Part shown: positions 19,975 through 30,378 of the stretch, one piece after another | How the letters are laid out: each line of letters begins with the position of its first letter | Numbering within the stretch: position 1 is the first letter of the stretch | DNA from: Candidatus Poribacteria bacterium | Lineage (GTDB): Bacteria; Poribacteria; WGA-4E; WGA-3G | Length of the DNA: 64,000 bases | Reading direction: 5' to 3' | Assembly (NCBI GenBank): GCA_965237835.1 | Contig: OZ250160.1 | Span: 1,225,439-1,289,438 of the forward strand | Notes under the pieces: model-generated | Database searches by the model: none | The model's input: only the letters and a program-made list of their open reading frames with translations | Told to the model about the DNA's origin: nothing | Made by a program: the position numbers and the translations under genes

Positions 19975-20674
19975 GGTTAAAAATCTCAGTTATCTCTTCA
20001 ACAGAAAACCGGCGAAATTTACGACGACCTGCAGCTGAATCAAGACACGCAACTTCAATGGTCTCTGGTGTTATCTGATACGGTTCCGACTCTTCACCCT
20101 CAATGGATTCAAAAGTTTTTGAGGCAAGTTGTAACGCATCGGCTAATTCCAAACCCTCAGCATAAGTCTCATTAAGTATCTCAGTAATAGAACCTGCTCT
20201 GCCTCCTATTACAGCAAACTTTTCCTTTTCCTCATAGGTACCATCAAAGGTCATCCTATAAATCTGACTTCTATTAATAGGATTTCTATCCACCTCGCAT
20301 ACGAGCAGTTCAACCTCAAGCGGTTTCACGTCCCATGCGTGGGCAATTGCCCCCATGTGTTGTGAATAGAGGTTCGTCAACCATTTCCCAGTGACATCTT
20401 CTCGATAATAGGTATACCCTTTCACTTCTGCTTCACGTATACCTGCCACTCTTAGTGCTTCATATTCGGAAACACGACCGGTTGAAGCGAGTGCAATTTT
20501 GTCATAAATTTCAGAAATCTTAAATATGGTTCTACGGGGGTTTTCGGCAACCATCAGAAGGCCGTTGTTATACTCTAAAACAATCACTTCCTTCGCTTGT
20601 TCAATTCCATGATCGACAAAAACCCTTTTATCTTCCCAAATTTGATCAGGTGACACGTAATAAGGCGTTGACAT
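19964..20674 (-). CDS. prcA: 20S proteasome alpha subunit
   Basis: 236 aa, bacterial PrcA-like; immediately downstream of prcB. Confidence 0.85.
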   Translation of the reverse strand: MSTPYYVSPDQIWEDKRVFVDHGIEQAKEVIVLEYNNGLLMVAENPRRTIFKISEIYDKIALASTGRVSEYEALRVAGIREAEVKGYTYYREDVTGKWLTNLYSQHMGAIAHAWDVKPLEVELLVCEVDRNPINRSQIYRMTFDGTYEEKEKFAVIGGRAGSITEILNETYAEGLELADALQLASKTFESIEGEESEPYQITPETIEVACLDSAAGRRKFRRFSVEEITEIFNHAS

Positions 20675-20715
20675 TTATCTCCTTGAATTTAAGAAAACTT
20701 GATGATGTAGACCTA

Positions 20716-21504
20716 CTATTGCTCTAAGCGAGAAATTAACTCTTGGAACAATCCTGCAACAGTATCGTCCGAAACATCGGAAATACCTTCTTCAGTAATT
20801 ACTGTCAGCGTTGGAAAGATTTTCCTAATTAAATCGGGTCCTCCAGTCGCAATATCCTCGTCTGCAGCGTCCCAAAGTGCCTCAACGACTGCTTTTAAGG
20901 CGGCTTGTTCAGACATATCCGATTGATACACCTTTTTTAAAGTTGAACGCGCATCTTTCCCACCGGAACCGATAGCATAATAGGCGTCTTCCTCATAACG
21001 TCCGCCAAGTGCATCATATTTAAAAATTCGCCCCTTTTGTTGTTTTAGGTCATAGCCAGCAAAAATCGGCAGGACAACCAGCCCTTGCATAGCTAAACTT
21101 AAATTCGTTCTAACGAGGCTTGACAGATAGTTGGCTTGCCCATCCAGACTTAAAGAAATTCCCTCTATCTTTTCGTAAAATTCAACTTGAACTTGGAAAA
21201 GTTTTGCTGTTTCAAAACAGGGCCCCGCTACACCAGCGACAGCAATTGCAGAGTGTTTATCAATTTTAAACACTTTCTGAATCCGACGTTCCCCGACTTG
21301 GTAACCTTCGGTAGCTTGACGGTCCCCAGCGATTATGACACCATTATCGTATACAAGTGCCAGAACAGTAGTCCCTTCCAAAAAATTATGGGGGTAGGAC
21401 TCCCGCATCCCATTGAGTCGGTCCCAATCAGCTACCTTATCAGGGTATCGGTTTTTCAGAATTTGTAAAAAATCGGTATTTCCATAGTCATGGTGTTTGA
21501 GCAA
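20716..21504 (-). CDS. prcB: 20S proteasome beta subunit with propeptide
   Basis: 262 aa; propeptide then active-site threonine context EG/TTVLALVY; GGPDLIRKIFPT conserved. Confidence 0.9.
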   Translation of the reverse strand: MLKHHDYGNTDFLQILKNRYPDKVADWDRLNGMRESYPHNFLEGTTVLALVYDNGVIIAGDRQATEGYQVGERRIQKVFKIDKHSAIAVAGVAGPCFETAKLFQVQVEFYEKIEGISLSLDGQANYLSSLVRTNLSLAMQGLVVLPIFAGYDLKQQKGRIFKYDALGGRYEEDAYYAIGSGGKDARSTLKKVYQSDMSEQAALKAVVEALWDAADEDIATGGPDLIRKIFPTLTVITEEGISDVSDDTVAGLFQELISRLEQ

Positions 21505-21506
21505 TC

Positions 21507-21704
21507 CTACTGCCCTCCCCGCTGGATATAGTTTTCGACGAATTCCTCTGAATTTTCTTCTAAAATCTCATCGATTTCATCAAGAAGTGCATCTAAATCC
21601 TCAGTCAAATCGTCGACGTTTTCATTGAGTTCGGGATTGGGTTGGATCTCCTCATTTTCATTGGTGGGATGATCTCGGTATTCTTGCTGTTTTTCGCGTG
21701 GCAT
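21507..21704 (-). CDS. pup: prokaryotic ubiquitin-like protein Pup
   Basis: 65 aa, acidic, ...DLTEDLDALLDEIDEILEENSEEFVENYIQRGGQ; C-terminal GGQ as in Pup. Confidence 0.85.
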   Translation of the reverse strand: MPREKQQEYRDHPTNENEEIQPNPELNENVDDLTEDLDALLDEIDEILEENSEEFVENYIQRGGQ

Positions 21705-21796
21705 GTTGTACTCCTTTTCAATTCTGGCAACGGATACCCGTATGCCTCTATGTTTTCGAACATAATTCCATCAGGGAAAACTTTTTATCAACAAGA

Positions 21797-23284
21797 TTAT
21801 TTGCAGTTTGCTCGGATTTGGTTGACGAGTTCAACGACGGTACAAGAGTTCAGCAGTTCACCGATAATGGCTTGCGTGCCAAAGTGTGGACGGTCCATCA
21901 TAATCTTATCATAGCCGGTTGGACCGTTGAAAACGATTGAATTCCAGCTTACACTGTGAATGTCATTCGGAAATTTTCGTAAACATGTTCCTCGAAAATA
22001 TGCGCGCGTATCTAAAGGTGGATGTTGAATTGCATGGACTATTTCCTCCTGAGTTAAGATACGTTCAATATGTCCATTCTTGAGTAATCGTGCATAAAGT
22101 CCTTTATCTGGACGTAGGTCATGATACTGAAGGTCAAGCATACGAACGCGTGGGTCAGTCCATTTGAAATCGTGTCGCGCAATATAAGCATCAATAAGCT
22201 TTTTCTTAATAATCCAATCTAAATGCTGTCCTAAACTCATCGGGTCAGTTTTTAACCCATTTAGGACAAAATCCCATTTCTCCAAAACATCTTCAACTAT
22301 AGGTGTGCGTTCCTCATCCGTGAGATGTTTATGTGCCAGTTCAAGATATGCTTGCTGAATTTCTATAGCTGACCATTTACGATCATCTTTAAGTTCAATC
22401 TTGTTCTTGCATGACAAATCACGCGAAACAGATTTTACCATCGCAACAGGATCTTGTAAAGCGAATTGCTTACCGACAACACCTTTCTCAATTAATTGCA
22501 GGACGATAGACGTAATACCAACTTTCAGATAGATAGAGAATTCGGACAAGTTTGAATCGCCTACGATAACATGCAACCGACGATAAAACTTTGAATCTGC
22601 GTGCGGTTCGTCTCGAGTGTTGATCAAAGGACGTTCAACCATTGTGCTCAGACCGACCTCTTTTTCAAAGAAATCTGCGCGTTGTGAAATCTGATATTCG
22701 GTTTCGTCCGCTCCGTTTTCTACCCCCACCTTCCCACTTCCGGTAATTATCTGACGTGTAACGAGGAAAGGCGTGAACCCATCAACTATATCCGAAAACG
22801 GAATTTTACGTGACATCAAGTAATTTTCATGTGAACCGTAACTATGTCCTTTGTAGTCAGTATTGTTTTTATAGATAATTATCTCTTGATTATCCAATAG
22901 CAGTTGTTCGGCAGCAAGACGACTCAAATCTAAAATGAGTTCTCCAGCTTTTTCGTATTTGACCAAGTCGCGAGCATTTGAACATTCAGGTGTGCAATAT
23001 TCAGGGTGTGCGTGATCAACATAATATCTACCACCGTTCACCAAAATATCGTTTATTACACTGTTGTTCCCATCTTCTACTGGCGGGTTTTCGCCTTCCG
23101 CTATAAATCCACGTGCGTCTATCAATGGACTTTCTTGCGCGTAATCCCACGAAATTGTTGGAATGTTACGGCTTTTGTACGCGTTTACAACTAAGGTTGA
23201 AGCCGCTATAGGGTCTTGCTCTCGCGCATTTTTGACAGAGATGCCGAACTCAGTTTCGGTGCCTATAATTGTTGGTACTGCCAT
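21797..23284 (-). CDS. dop: Pup deamidase/depupylase
   Basis: 495 aa; GTETEFG, Dop-specific insertion (SWDYAQESPLIDARGF), YVDHAHPEYCTPEC, NTRDEPHAD. Confidence 0.9.
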   Translation of the reverse strand: MAVPTIIGTETEFGISVKNAREQDPIAASTLVVNAYKSRNIPTISWDYAQESPLIDARGFIAEGENPPVEDGNNSVINDILVNGGRYYVDHAHPEYCTPECSNARDLVKYEKAGELILDLSRLAAEQLLLDNQEIIIYKNNTDYKGHSYGSHENYLMSRKIPFSDIVDGFTPFLVTRQIITGSGKVGVENGADETEYQISQRADFFEKEVGLSTMVERPLINTRDEPHADSKFYRRLHVIVGDSNLSEFSIYLKVGITSIVLQLIEKGVVGKQFALQDPVAMVKSVSRDLSCKNKIELKDDRKWSAIEIQQAYLELAHKHLTDEERTPIVEDVLEKWDFVLNGLKTDPMSLGQHLDWIIKKKLIDAYIARHDFKWTDPRVRMLDLQYHDLRPDKGLYARLLKNGHIERILTQEEIVHAIQHPPLDTRAYFRGTCLRKFPNDIHSVSWNSIVFNGPTGYDKIMMDRPHFGTQAIIGELLNSCTVVELVNQIRANCK

Positions 23285-24410
23285 TAGTGATACTCACGAC
23301 GGAAACCAAAGCCGTGTGCTTCTTTTAGCACACAACCATCCTCTGTGATTCCTGCTTCCGTCTCTCGTGCCTCAAACAGAGGTCTTACTTGGACTCCACA
23401 GGCGTTTATACTCTCTGTCTATCCGACAGCAAGGTGTTTTAGGTTTATTGCAGCGTTGACATCTCTATCTATTTGATAGTCGCATTGACTGCAATGATAA
23501 GTTCTCTCTGATAGCGTCAAGTCATCTTTTTTGTGTCTACAACTACTACAAGTTTTGCTTGATGCATAGAATTGCGGTGCTTCTAATACAGGTATTCCGA
23601 AAGCATCTGCTTTCGTTTTTAGCTTATTTAGAAACCCGCCTAACGCTGAATCTGATAACGCCTTTGCTAACTTTCTATTCTTTAGCATGTTTGTCACCTT
23701 GAGTGTTTCTATGCTGATAGCACCTGCACGACGGATAATATCGGTAGTTGCTTTGTGGTGCACATCGTTTCTGATACAAGCGATACGATAGTGGATACGT
23801 TCTACCTTGTGTTTTTGTTTAGACCAGTTATTTGATCTAAACACTTTACGGCTCAACTTTCGTTGATCTCGTTTGAGTTTTCTCTCATAGCGTTTTAGGG
23901 GTCTTGGATTATCATACTTAGTCCCATCACTCAAGGTTGCCATTGTTGTTAAGAGTTCACCACGATTGGAAGTTGTCTTGATCTAAACCTGCCTTGAAAT
24001 CTGACAACGCTTGATTATATGCAAATCTCGCATAGCCACATTGTTGTGAAAACCAGCGTCTTTGCTTAAAAGTGGGATCTAAAGTTATTTTGTGTGTTTT
24101 GTATGGCATATCTGACTCCCATAGGTTTCTGACTCCCTCGTCAAAGGTGTGGTAGGTGTTGACGCACCCACCACTGAGTCAGTCTTATAATTATACCACA
24201 AAATACATGTAAATGTCAAGCGTTTTTTGACCCACAACCAGGGTTATTTAGTTTTAGACTTTTTGTCCATTTTAGACGAAAAGTCGCGATTCGGAGATCG
24301 CTCCTACAGGGGAAAGTCTTAGATTGAAAATCTAAATATTCGGAGAACTAAATAGCCCTGGACCCACAACTAAAGCAGTGGGATTGTCAGCTAATTCCCT
24401 TCACTTTCGG
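23285..24410 (-). mobile_element. degenerate IS605-family element filling the arc-dop spacer, with a nested family-C MITE (24241..24358)
   Basis: Right-end module (taaacgcctgtggagtcc...gtgtgctaaaagaagcacac hairpin) abuts dop start codon; left-end hairpin (cactgctttagttgtgggtc) abuts arc stop codon. Confidence 0.65.
23419..24115 (-). pseudogene. tnpB: tnpB with internal deletion (N-terminal 57 codons then stop; C-terminal 174-codon ORF)
   Basis: C-terminal ORF has RuvC-II/III and zinc finger (CSSCRHKKDDLTLSERTYHCSQCDYQIDRDVNAAIN); reverse complement of 24000-24115 encodes MPYKTHKITLDPTFKQRRWFSQQCGYARFAYNQALSDF... then stop. Confidence 0.7.
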
Positions 24411-24432
24411 AATCAAGTGGAATCATCAAACG

Positions 24433-26238
24433 TTAGAGATATGTCCCGCCTGTGCTCACTCGCACATCAGGACGTGCCTGTGGTTCATTGATTAAGGCTC
24501 GAATGTTGACAATTTTCTCACCTTTCCTGCCAGATATTTTTGCCCAATCATCTGGATTAGTTGTATTTGGAAGGTCTTCATTTTCATGGTACTCTTCCCG
24601 AATAGCAGTCTTCAGATCATGCAGAGAAATTCCTTTTTCTTTCCCTTCTGAACTGATTAGACGTTTAATCGCTATTTTCTTTGCCCGTGAAACAATGTTT
24701 TGAATCATCGCACCGCTAACGAAATCTTTGAAAAAGAGAGTCTCGCGTTCGCCGCGGGTGTATGTTACTTCAATAAACCTATTCTCATCTGTGGTCGCGT
24801 ACATTTCGTCTACAGCCGCAGATATGAGGTATTCTGAAACGTCATCAGTATTTCCATCAAACTTTTCTATTTCTTTTTTCGCAAACGGAAGATCCGGCGT
24901 TAAATAGATACCAAAAATATCCTTAGCACCGTCAATATTCGGACGGTCAATCTTGATTTTGATGTCAAGTCTTCCCGGTCTCAAAACAGCGGGATCCAGA
25001 AGGTCCTGTCGATTACTTGCGCCGATAACAATAACATCACGTAAATTTTCTACGCCATCAATTTCTGCGAGAAACTGTGGTACCAGTGTAGACTCCATGT
25101 CTGATGAGATACCTATGCCGCGTGATCGGAACAGTGAGTCCATTTCGTCGAAGAAGATAACTACTGGGAAACCCTCTTTTGATTTTTCACGTGCTTTTAG
25201 GAACACCTCTCGTATCTTTCGTTCAGTTTCACCGACATACTTATTGAGAATTTCTGGTCCCTTAATATTTATAAAATACCCTCTAATATCATCTCTATCG
25301 GTCTGTTGACGAATACGTTCTGCGAGGCAATTGGCAACCGCTCGCGCAATTAATGTTTTTCCACAGCCTGGCGGTCCATACAGGAGTACACCTTTTGGCG
25401 GCATAAGATCAAATTCGCGGTACTCATCTGGATAAAGATAAGGCATTTCAATGGCGTCTCGAATCGCCTCTATCTGTGTATCCAAACCACCGATGTCAGC
25501 ATAACTAATATCTGGAACTTCTTCGAGCAGTAGGTCATCAAGTTCGCGTTTTGGAAGTTTTTCAAGTAGCATACCGCTGGTATGATTCAATAAGACGCTG
25601 TCGCCGGTCTTCAAAGTTTCGTTTTTCAACGCTGCAGAAACGCGCACGACTTGTTCTTCATCTGTTCTGAGGTTGACAATAGCGCGGTCAGATTCAAGTA
25701 CCTCTTTTATCTTAACAACATCACCGTGTTTCTCAGGCTGTTTGATTGCGATGACATTTAAGCCACTATTCACGATGACTTCTTGTCCTACTTGTATTTG
25801 ATCGGCTTTTATGGCAGGATCAAGATTCACACGCCATTTTTTTCCGCTGATATCTACATCAATAGTGTTGTCATCGTTCGCACTAAGGAAGATGCCGTAG
25901 TTGTTTGGAGGGGCACTGAGTTGCTTAACCTTCTCTTTTAGGAGTTCAAGTTTCTCTTTTGCTTCTTGAAGGGTACTTGTGATTTTTCGGTTGCGTCTGT
26001 GCGCCTGCATAAGTTCGCGCGTCATTTCATAGAGACGTGCGTCTACATCTTCATCAGGAGCTGCTCTGAGTTGTCTTCTCAGGTCACCGACTTCGTTCTC
26101 AAGCATCTCTATCTGCCAATTTAACTCACGTATTAACTGTGGATAGTCAACCGAATCTGATTTGATCCCTTCAATATCGGGACCTTTCAATATATCAGAT
26201 GAAGTCTCTATTTTGCTTGCCATACAAGAATTTCTCAC
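24433..26238 (-). CDS. arc: proteasome-associated AAA ATPase (ARC/Mpa)
   Basis: 601 aa; N-terminal coiled coil, AAA+ GPPGCGKT; C-terminal ...GGTYL resembles GQYL docking motif. Confidence 0.9.
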   Translation of the reverse strand: MRNSCMASKIETSSDILKGPDIEGIKSDSVDYPQLIRELNWQIEMLENEVGDLRRQLRAAPDEDVDARLYEMTRELMQAHRRNRKITSTLQEAKEKLELLKEKVKQLSAPPNNYGIFLSANDDNTIDVDISGKKWRVNLDPAIKADQIQVGQEVIVNSGLNVIAIKQPEKHGDVVKIKEVLESDRAIVNLRTDEEQVVRVSAALKNETLKTGDSVLLNHTSGMLLEKLPKRELDDLLLEEVPDISYADIGGLDTQIEAIRDAIEMPYLYPDEYREFDLMPPKGVLLYGPPGCGKTLIARAVANCLAERIRQQTDRDDIRGYFINIKGPEILNKYVGETERKIREVFLKAREKSKEGFPVVIFFDEMDSLFRSRGIGISSDMESTLVPQFLAEIDGVENLRDVIVIGASNRQDLLDPAVLRPGRLDIKIKIDRPNIDGAKDIFGIYLTPDLPFAKKEIEKFDGNTDDVSEYLISAAVDEMYATTDENRFIEVTYTRGERETLFFKDFVSGAMIQNIVSRAKKIAIKRLISSEGKEKGISLHDLKTAIREEYHENEDLPNTTNPDDWAKISGRKGEKIVNIRALINEPQARPDVRVSTGGTYL

Positions 26239-26382
26239 TTTCCATTGAAAAGATTGATGGTATGGTAGAAAAAAGGTTGGATTACATTAAACCAACCTTA
26301 GTGCATAAAAGTATAGCATGTTGAAAATATTACATCAAGGAAAAACACAAGTGGCATTTGGTTTTGAACAAAGTATCGCTAT

Positions 26383-26445
26383 AAATCGGGTTACAAACCC
26401 CTTGAATAAGAAATATCGGGATTACAAATCTCTCATACAAGAGTC
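26383..26445. repeat. two family-G hairpin units (reverse orientation)
   Basis: aaatcgggttacaaaccccttgaa / atcgggattacaaatctctcatacaag are reverse complements of the units at 8159-8250. Confidence 0.6.
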
Positions 26446-26460
26446 TTCTGATTAATAATC

Positions 26461-27573
26461 TTAATTTTCGTCGTCAGGTTCTGGGGTTGTATCATCAACA
26501 TCTGGGATGGATCCTGCTCCAGATTCAGAAACTGCACCGAGGTTCTCACGGATTTTTTTGTCAAGCTCCGCCATAATTTCCGGATGCTGCTCCAAATAGG
26601 TTTTCGCATTATTCCGACCTTGACCTATCCGTTCGTTGTTATATGAGAACCATGAACCTCTTTTCTCAACCAACTCTGCATCAACAGCGATATCCAAAAT
26701 GGTTCCCTCTTTGGAAATTCCCTTGCCAAAAGTCACATCAAATTCTGCTTCTTTGAAAGGGGGGGCAACCTTGTTTTTCACCACCTTGACAAGGACTCTG
26801 TTTCCAAGCACATCAGTGCCTTCTTTTATCTGTGTGGCACGACGAATTTCTAATCGGACAGAGGTATGAAACTTCAGTGCAAGTCCGCCTGGGGTTATAT
26901 CAGGATTACCAAATATGATACCTATCTTTTGGCGAATCTGGTTGGTAAAAATGACGCACGTTTTCGATTTGCTTGTCACACTCGATAGTTTTCTTAAAGC
27001 CTTAGACATCAAACGCGGGAGCAATCCGACATGTGCATCACCCATCTCACCTTCAACTTCTGCTTGGGGTGTCAATGCGGCAACAGAATCAATAATGACA
27101 ACATCAATTGCACCACTCCGTATAAGGGTTTCCACAATCTCTAATGCTTGTTCGCCAGAATCTGGCTGTGAAATCAGGACATTTTCAAGGTTGACACCGA
27201 TATTTCGCGCGTAAGTTGTGTCTAATGCGTGTTCAACGTCAATAAAAGCCGCTATTCCACCCAGTTTCTGTGCTTCAGCGACGATGTGGAGTGCTAGCGT
27301 GGTTTTTCCTGTCCCCTCATGTCCAAAAATTTCGATAATTCTTCCTCTTGGCACTCCACCAACGCCTAACGCTATATCAAGCGAAAGGGCTCCGGTAGGG
27401 ATAACTTCCACAGGTACCACTTCGTTGTCTGTAAAACGCATAATTGCACCTTTTCCGTAAGCACGTTCTACCTGAGAAATGGCATCGTCAACTGCCTTCT
27501 TTTTCTTTTCAGCTTTCTTTTGTTCTTCCGGACTTTTTTCATTTTCCGGCTTTTTGCGATCATCATTTGCCAT
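26461..27573 (-). CDS. recA: recombinase RecA
   Basis: Walker [19 protein letters not shown], conserved C-terminal domain; start taken at MANDDRKK (27573) because the upstream extension overlaps thpR. Confidence 0.9.
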   Translation of the reverse strand: MANDDRKKPENEKSPEEQKKAEKKKKAVDDAISQVERAYGKGAIMRFTDNEVVPVEVIPTGALSLDIALGVGGVPRGRIIEIFGHEGTGKTTLALHIVAEAQKLGGIAAFIDVEHALDTTYARNIGVNLENVLISQPDSGEQALEIVETLIRSGAIDVVIIDSVAALTPQAEVEGEMGDAHVGLLPRLMSKALRKLSSVTSKSKTCVIFTNQIRQKIGIIFGNPDITPGGLALKFHTSVRLEIRRATQIKEGTDVLGNRVLVKVVKNKVAPPFKEAEFDVTFGKGISKEGTILDIAVDAELVEKRGSWFSYNNERIGQGRNNAKTYLEQHPEIMAELDKKIRENLGAVSESGAGSIPDVDDTTPEPDDEN

Positions 27574-28171
27574 TTTCGACTTTCTCCCTGCCCAACTGAT
27601 AATTTTGTATTGGGGTATAGACTGCACCACTGGGTCGCAACTCACTTTTGACAAGTGTGATTTTATCCACTGTCAGGAATGCCCCCTCAATTGTTTCAAA
27701 TTTTTTAAATAATTTGATATAAGTACTCAAATTCACTTGGTTTTTTAACCGTGCGAGTGTTAAATGCGGATGAAACCGATTTTCATTCGAAAAACCCAAC
27801 TTTACCAATTCATCGTCAATTGTACTCGCCAACGTTGATAATTGGATTGTCCCGCGTTTGATACCTACCCATAATACACGAGGTTGCACTAAATTTGGAA
27901 ATGCGCCAACTCCACCAATTTCTATAGAAAATGGTTTTTGTTGTCCTGCTGTCCTATGTAAAGATGCGTCTATCTGATTGACACTGTTGTTCTCTACCTC
28001 TCCGATAAACTTCAATGTCAGATGAATATTTCTGGGTTTCGTCCAGGATGCTCTTTCAATCTTCGGGCGAAATGCCTCCTGAATCTCTGTTAATAAATCC
28101 TGAATACTTTCTGGTATCTCAACAGCAACAAAACACCGAATAGACTCAGGTTGCATTAGAATTGACCTCAA
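27563..28171 (-). CDS. thpR: RNA 2',3'-cyclic phosphodiesterase (2'-5' RNA ligase family, LigT/ThpR)
   Basis: 202 aa; two H-x-T-x motifs (HLTLKF, HLTLARL); TGA stop. Confidence 0.8.
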   Translation of the reverse strand: MRSILMQPESIRCFVAVEIPESIQDLLTEIQEAFRPKIERASWTKPRNIHLTLKFIGEVENNSVNQIDASLHRTAGQQKPFSIEIGGVGAFPNLVQPRVLWVGIKRGTIQLSTLASTIDDELVKLGFSNENRFHPHLTLARLKNQVNLSTYIKLFKKFETIEGAFLTVDKITLVKSELRPSGAVYTPIQNYQLGREKVENGK

Positions 28172-28184
28172 ATTGCATGTCTAT

Positions 28185-28772
28185 CTAAACTGAAAATGCC
28201 TTTCTGTTGCCATATAAAATCTCTAAACCAGAGGCAACCGTTAACAACAAAGGTAGGTACATCATAAAATAAATAGGGCCGTGGTGTTGTATAACATTAT
28301 CTGAATCACGAAATAGAATAAGTAAAATCAAACTTATTACTATGACGATAACTTGAGAAGAAGTTTTGTATTTACCCCATCGATTTGCCGATATTACCTC
28401 ACCATGTTTTGCAACAAATACGACACGGAATGCAGTGACAATTACTTCACGTCCAATAATGACTAACACCATCCATAATGGAATTAGCCGTGCACCATCG
28501 CCTAAATATTCATGTTGAAAAAGATAAAGACTTATTAAAGCAGCCCCGACTAAAATTTTATCAACAAGTGAGTCCATAAAGCTGCCAAAACTGGTAATTC
28601 CTTGCTTCCGTGCAATTTTTCCATCAAAATAATCCGTTAAGGCAGCTAACCCAAAAACGATAGCCGCAGGGAGCATCAATTTGGATCGAAAACATAGGAT
28701 GAACGGCAACGTTAACAGCAAACGAGAAAATGTAAGGAGATTTGCCAGTCGTAAATAATCAGGAAAATTCAT
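28185..28772 (-). CDS. pgsA: CDP-alcohol phosphatidyltransferase (phosphatidylglycerophosphate synthase-like)
   Basis: 195 aa; DYFDGKIARKQGITSFGSFMDSLVDKI = D-G-x2-A-R-x8-G-x3-D-x3-D motif. Confidence 0.8.
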   Translation of the reverse strand: MNFPDYLRLANLLTFSRLLLTLPFILCFRSKLMLPAAIVFGLAALTDYFDGKIARKQGITSFGSFMDSLVDKILVGAALISLYLFQHEYLGDGARLIPLWMVLVIIGREVIVTAFRVVFVAKHGEVISANRWGKYKTSSQVIVIVISLILLILFRDSDNVIQHHGPIYFMMYLPLLLTVASGLEILYGNRKAFSV

Positions 28773-28778
28773 ATATAC

Positions 28779-29579
28779 TTAATTATCGGTAAGATCAATT
28801 ACCTCAGCATCTTTTGGAAAAACCATCTTAAAAATGTTTGGTGGCAACTTTTTATCTCGTTTAATATTAGACAATTTCATAACTACGCTGCGACGATTTC
28901 CATCTTCATATACAGTTACATAACCAAATTGTACGGGTAACCACTCACCCTCTTTGATCCATAATTCAAGCATCTCCTTAATATCTTGAGTTTCTTGTTT
29001 TTGCTGAATATCCGCAGTTTCTTGTCTTTGTCCAACATTTCTATTCAACAGTTCTGGTTTAGGAGTCAACTGAAGTTGATGTACCCCTTTAGCGTTCGCT
29101 GCTTCATCTGGAACTAATTTCATATCCCAGTTTTTTGATAAATCCTCAAGAGATGCACCTGTTCCGGGTAGTATCTCACGTCGTTGGGAATTACTCAACT
29201 TCTGTTTATTGACTTCATTGAGGAGTGGTACATAAGACCATACGTAAGCACCATCTAAAACGATTTTTTTTATGACTTTATCAGGGTTTTTAAGAGCGAC
29301 ATACTCCATGTGCAGCAGGTTTGGCATACCGAATGTAAATCGTCCACGACTTACACTTTTTCTGGTTTTATATAGGGTTGTCTCCTCAAACTCTGCACTG
29401 AAGTTCTTAGACTTCTCGTAAGCAGTTCTGAAATTCTCAAAGATTTCGTCAACCGTATAGGAATATCCAGTGTTCACAAAACACAGAAATAGTAAAACAA
29501 AACTACAATATAGGCGTTTCAAGATGCCTCTCCTTTTTTGACAACGTGAAATTTCTATTTTCGCTATATAGTTTACCAT
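28779..29579 (-). CDS. LolA-like outer-membrane lipoprotein carrier/sorting family protein
   Basis: 266 aa with signal-peptide-like hydrophobic segment; LolA-fold-like pattern; assignment tentative. Confidence 0.5.
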   Translation of the reverse strand: MVNYIAKIEISRCQKRRGILKRLYCSFVLLFLCFVNTGYSYTVDEIFENFRTAYEKSKNFSAEFEETTLYKTRKSVSRGRFTFGMPNLLHMEYVALKNPDKVIKKIVLDGAYVWSYVPLLNEVNKQKLSNSQRREILPGTGASLEDLSKNWDMKLVPDEAANAKGVHQLQLTPKPELLNRNVGQRQETADIQQKQETQDIKEMLELWIKEGEWLPVQFGYVTVYEDGNRRSVVMKLSNIKRDKKLPPNIFKMVFPKDAEVIDLTDN

Positions 29580-29856
29580 ACGCTATTCTACATGTCAATG
29601 TTATTTTTACTGTGGTATATAAGTGTTTTGTCATCTGAATCGCGGGTTATGCGGATTGCACAGATAGATAGGTACAGTATTGCTTCTCTTGTAGGTTCCC
29701 GATAATTACTGAGTCCTGTTAACAAAAAGATTCACAAGTGCACAACTTGAATGAAACCCACTTTTTTGAAAGCTTTTATGAAAAAGGCAATCGGTTGCCG
29801 AGCGAGACAGCATTGGCGTACGAGTATTTTAAGCTGTACCGAGATATGTTTTCAGA

Positions 29857-30192
29857 GGAGCGTTCTTTGCGCGCACTATGTGAACGCGAAGTGAACGGTA
29901 AAAAAAGATCAATTTCACAAATGGGACGTTGGTCAAAAGAGGAGCATTCTTTGCGCGCGCTATGTCACCTGGATGTCACCGGTAAAAAAAGATCTGAACG
30001 CGTTTTTAAACGTTGGTCAAGAGAGGAGCGTTCTTTGCGCGCGCTATGTCACCTGGATGTCACCGGTAAAAAAAGATCTGAACGCGTTTTTAAACGTTGG
30101 TCAAGAGAGGAGCGTTCTTTGCGCGCGCTATGTCACCTGGATGTCACCGGTAAAAAAGATCTAAACGCGTTTTTAAACGTTGGTCAAGTGAA
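29857..30192. repeat. 84-bp tandem repeat x4
   Basis: ggagcgttctttgcgcgcgctatgtcacctggatgtcaccggtaaaaaaagatctgaacgcgtttttaaacgttggtcaagaga; copy 1 diverged, last copy has 1-nt deletion. Confidence 0.9.
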
Positions 30193-30378
30193 CACAATTG
30201 GCAGGAACGAGTTGCGACTTATGATGCTGAGGTAGAACTTTCGTTTGTGATAAATCTGTCGCAGAAGTTTAAGTAGTGGAAGTATCTAAAACCTCGCGCG
30301 TATGGCTGGTCTAAGTGTTTAGCAAGGTGAAATTAAAATGTCTATTATGTTATATATAAATTTACATAATAGACTAAT

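Noticed and set aside
29857-30192. CRISPR array (regular 84-bp periodicity)
   Set aside because: The segments between conserved parts are identical between units (copies 2-4), so there are no distinct spacers; this is a tandem repeat.
29738-30235. 165-aa ORF encoding a repetitive protein
   Set aside because: Lies on the 84-bp tandem repeat. Frame not preserved in the last unit and a second frame is also open, so most likely non-coding.
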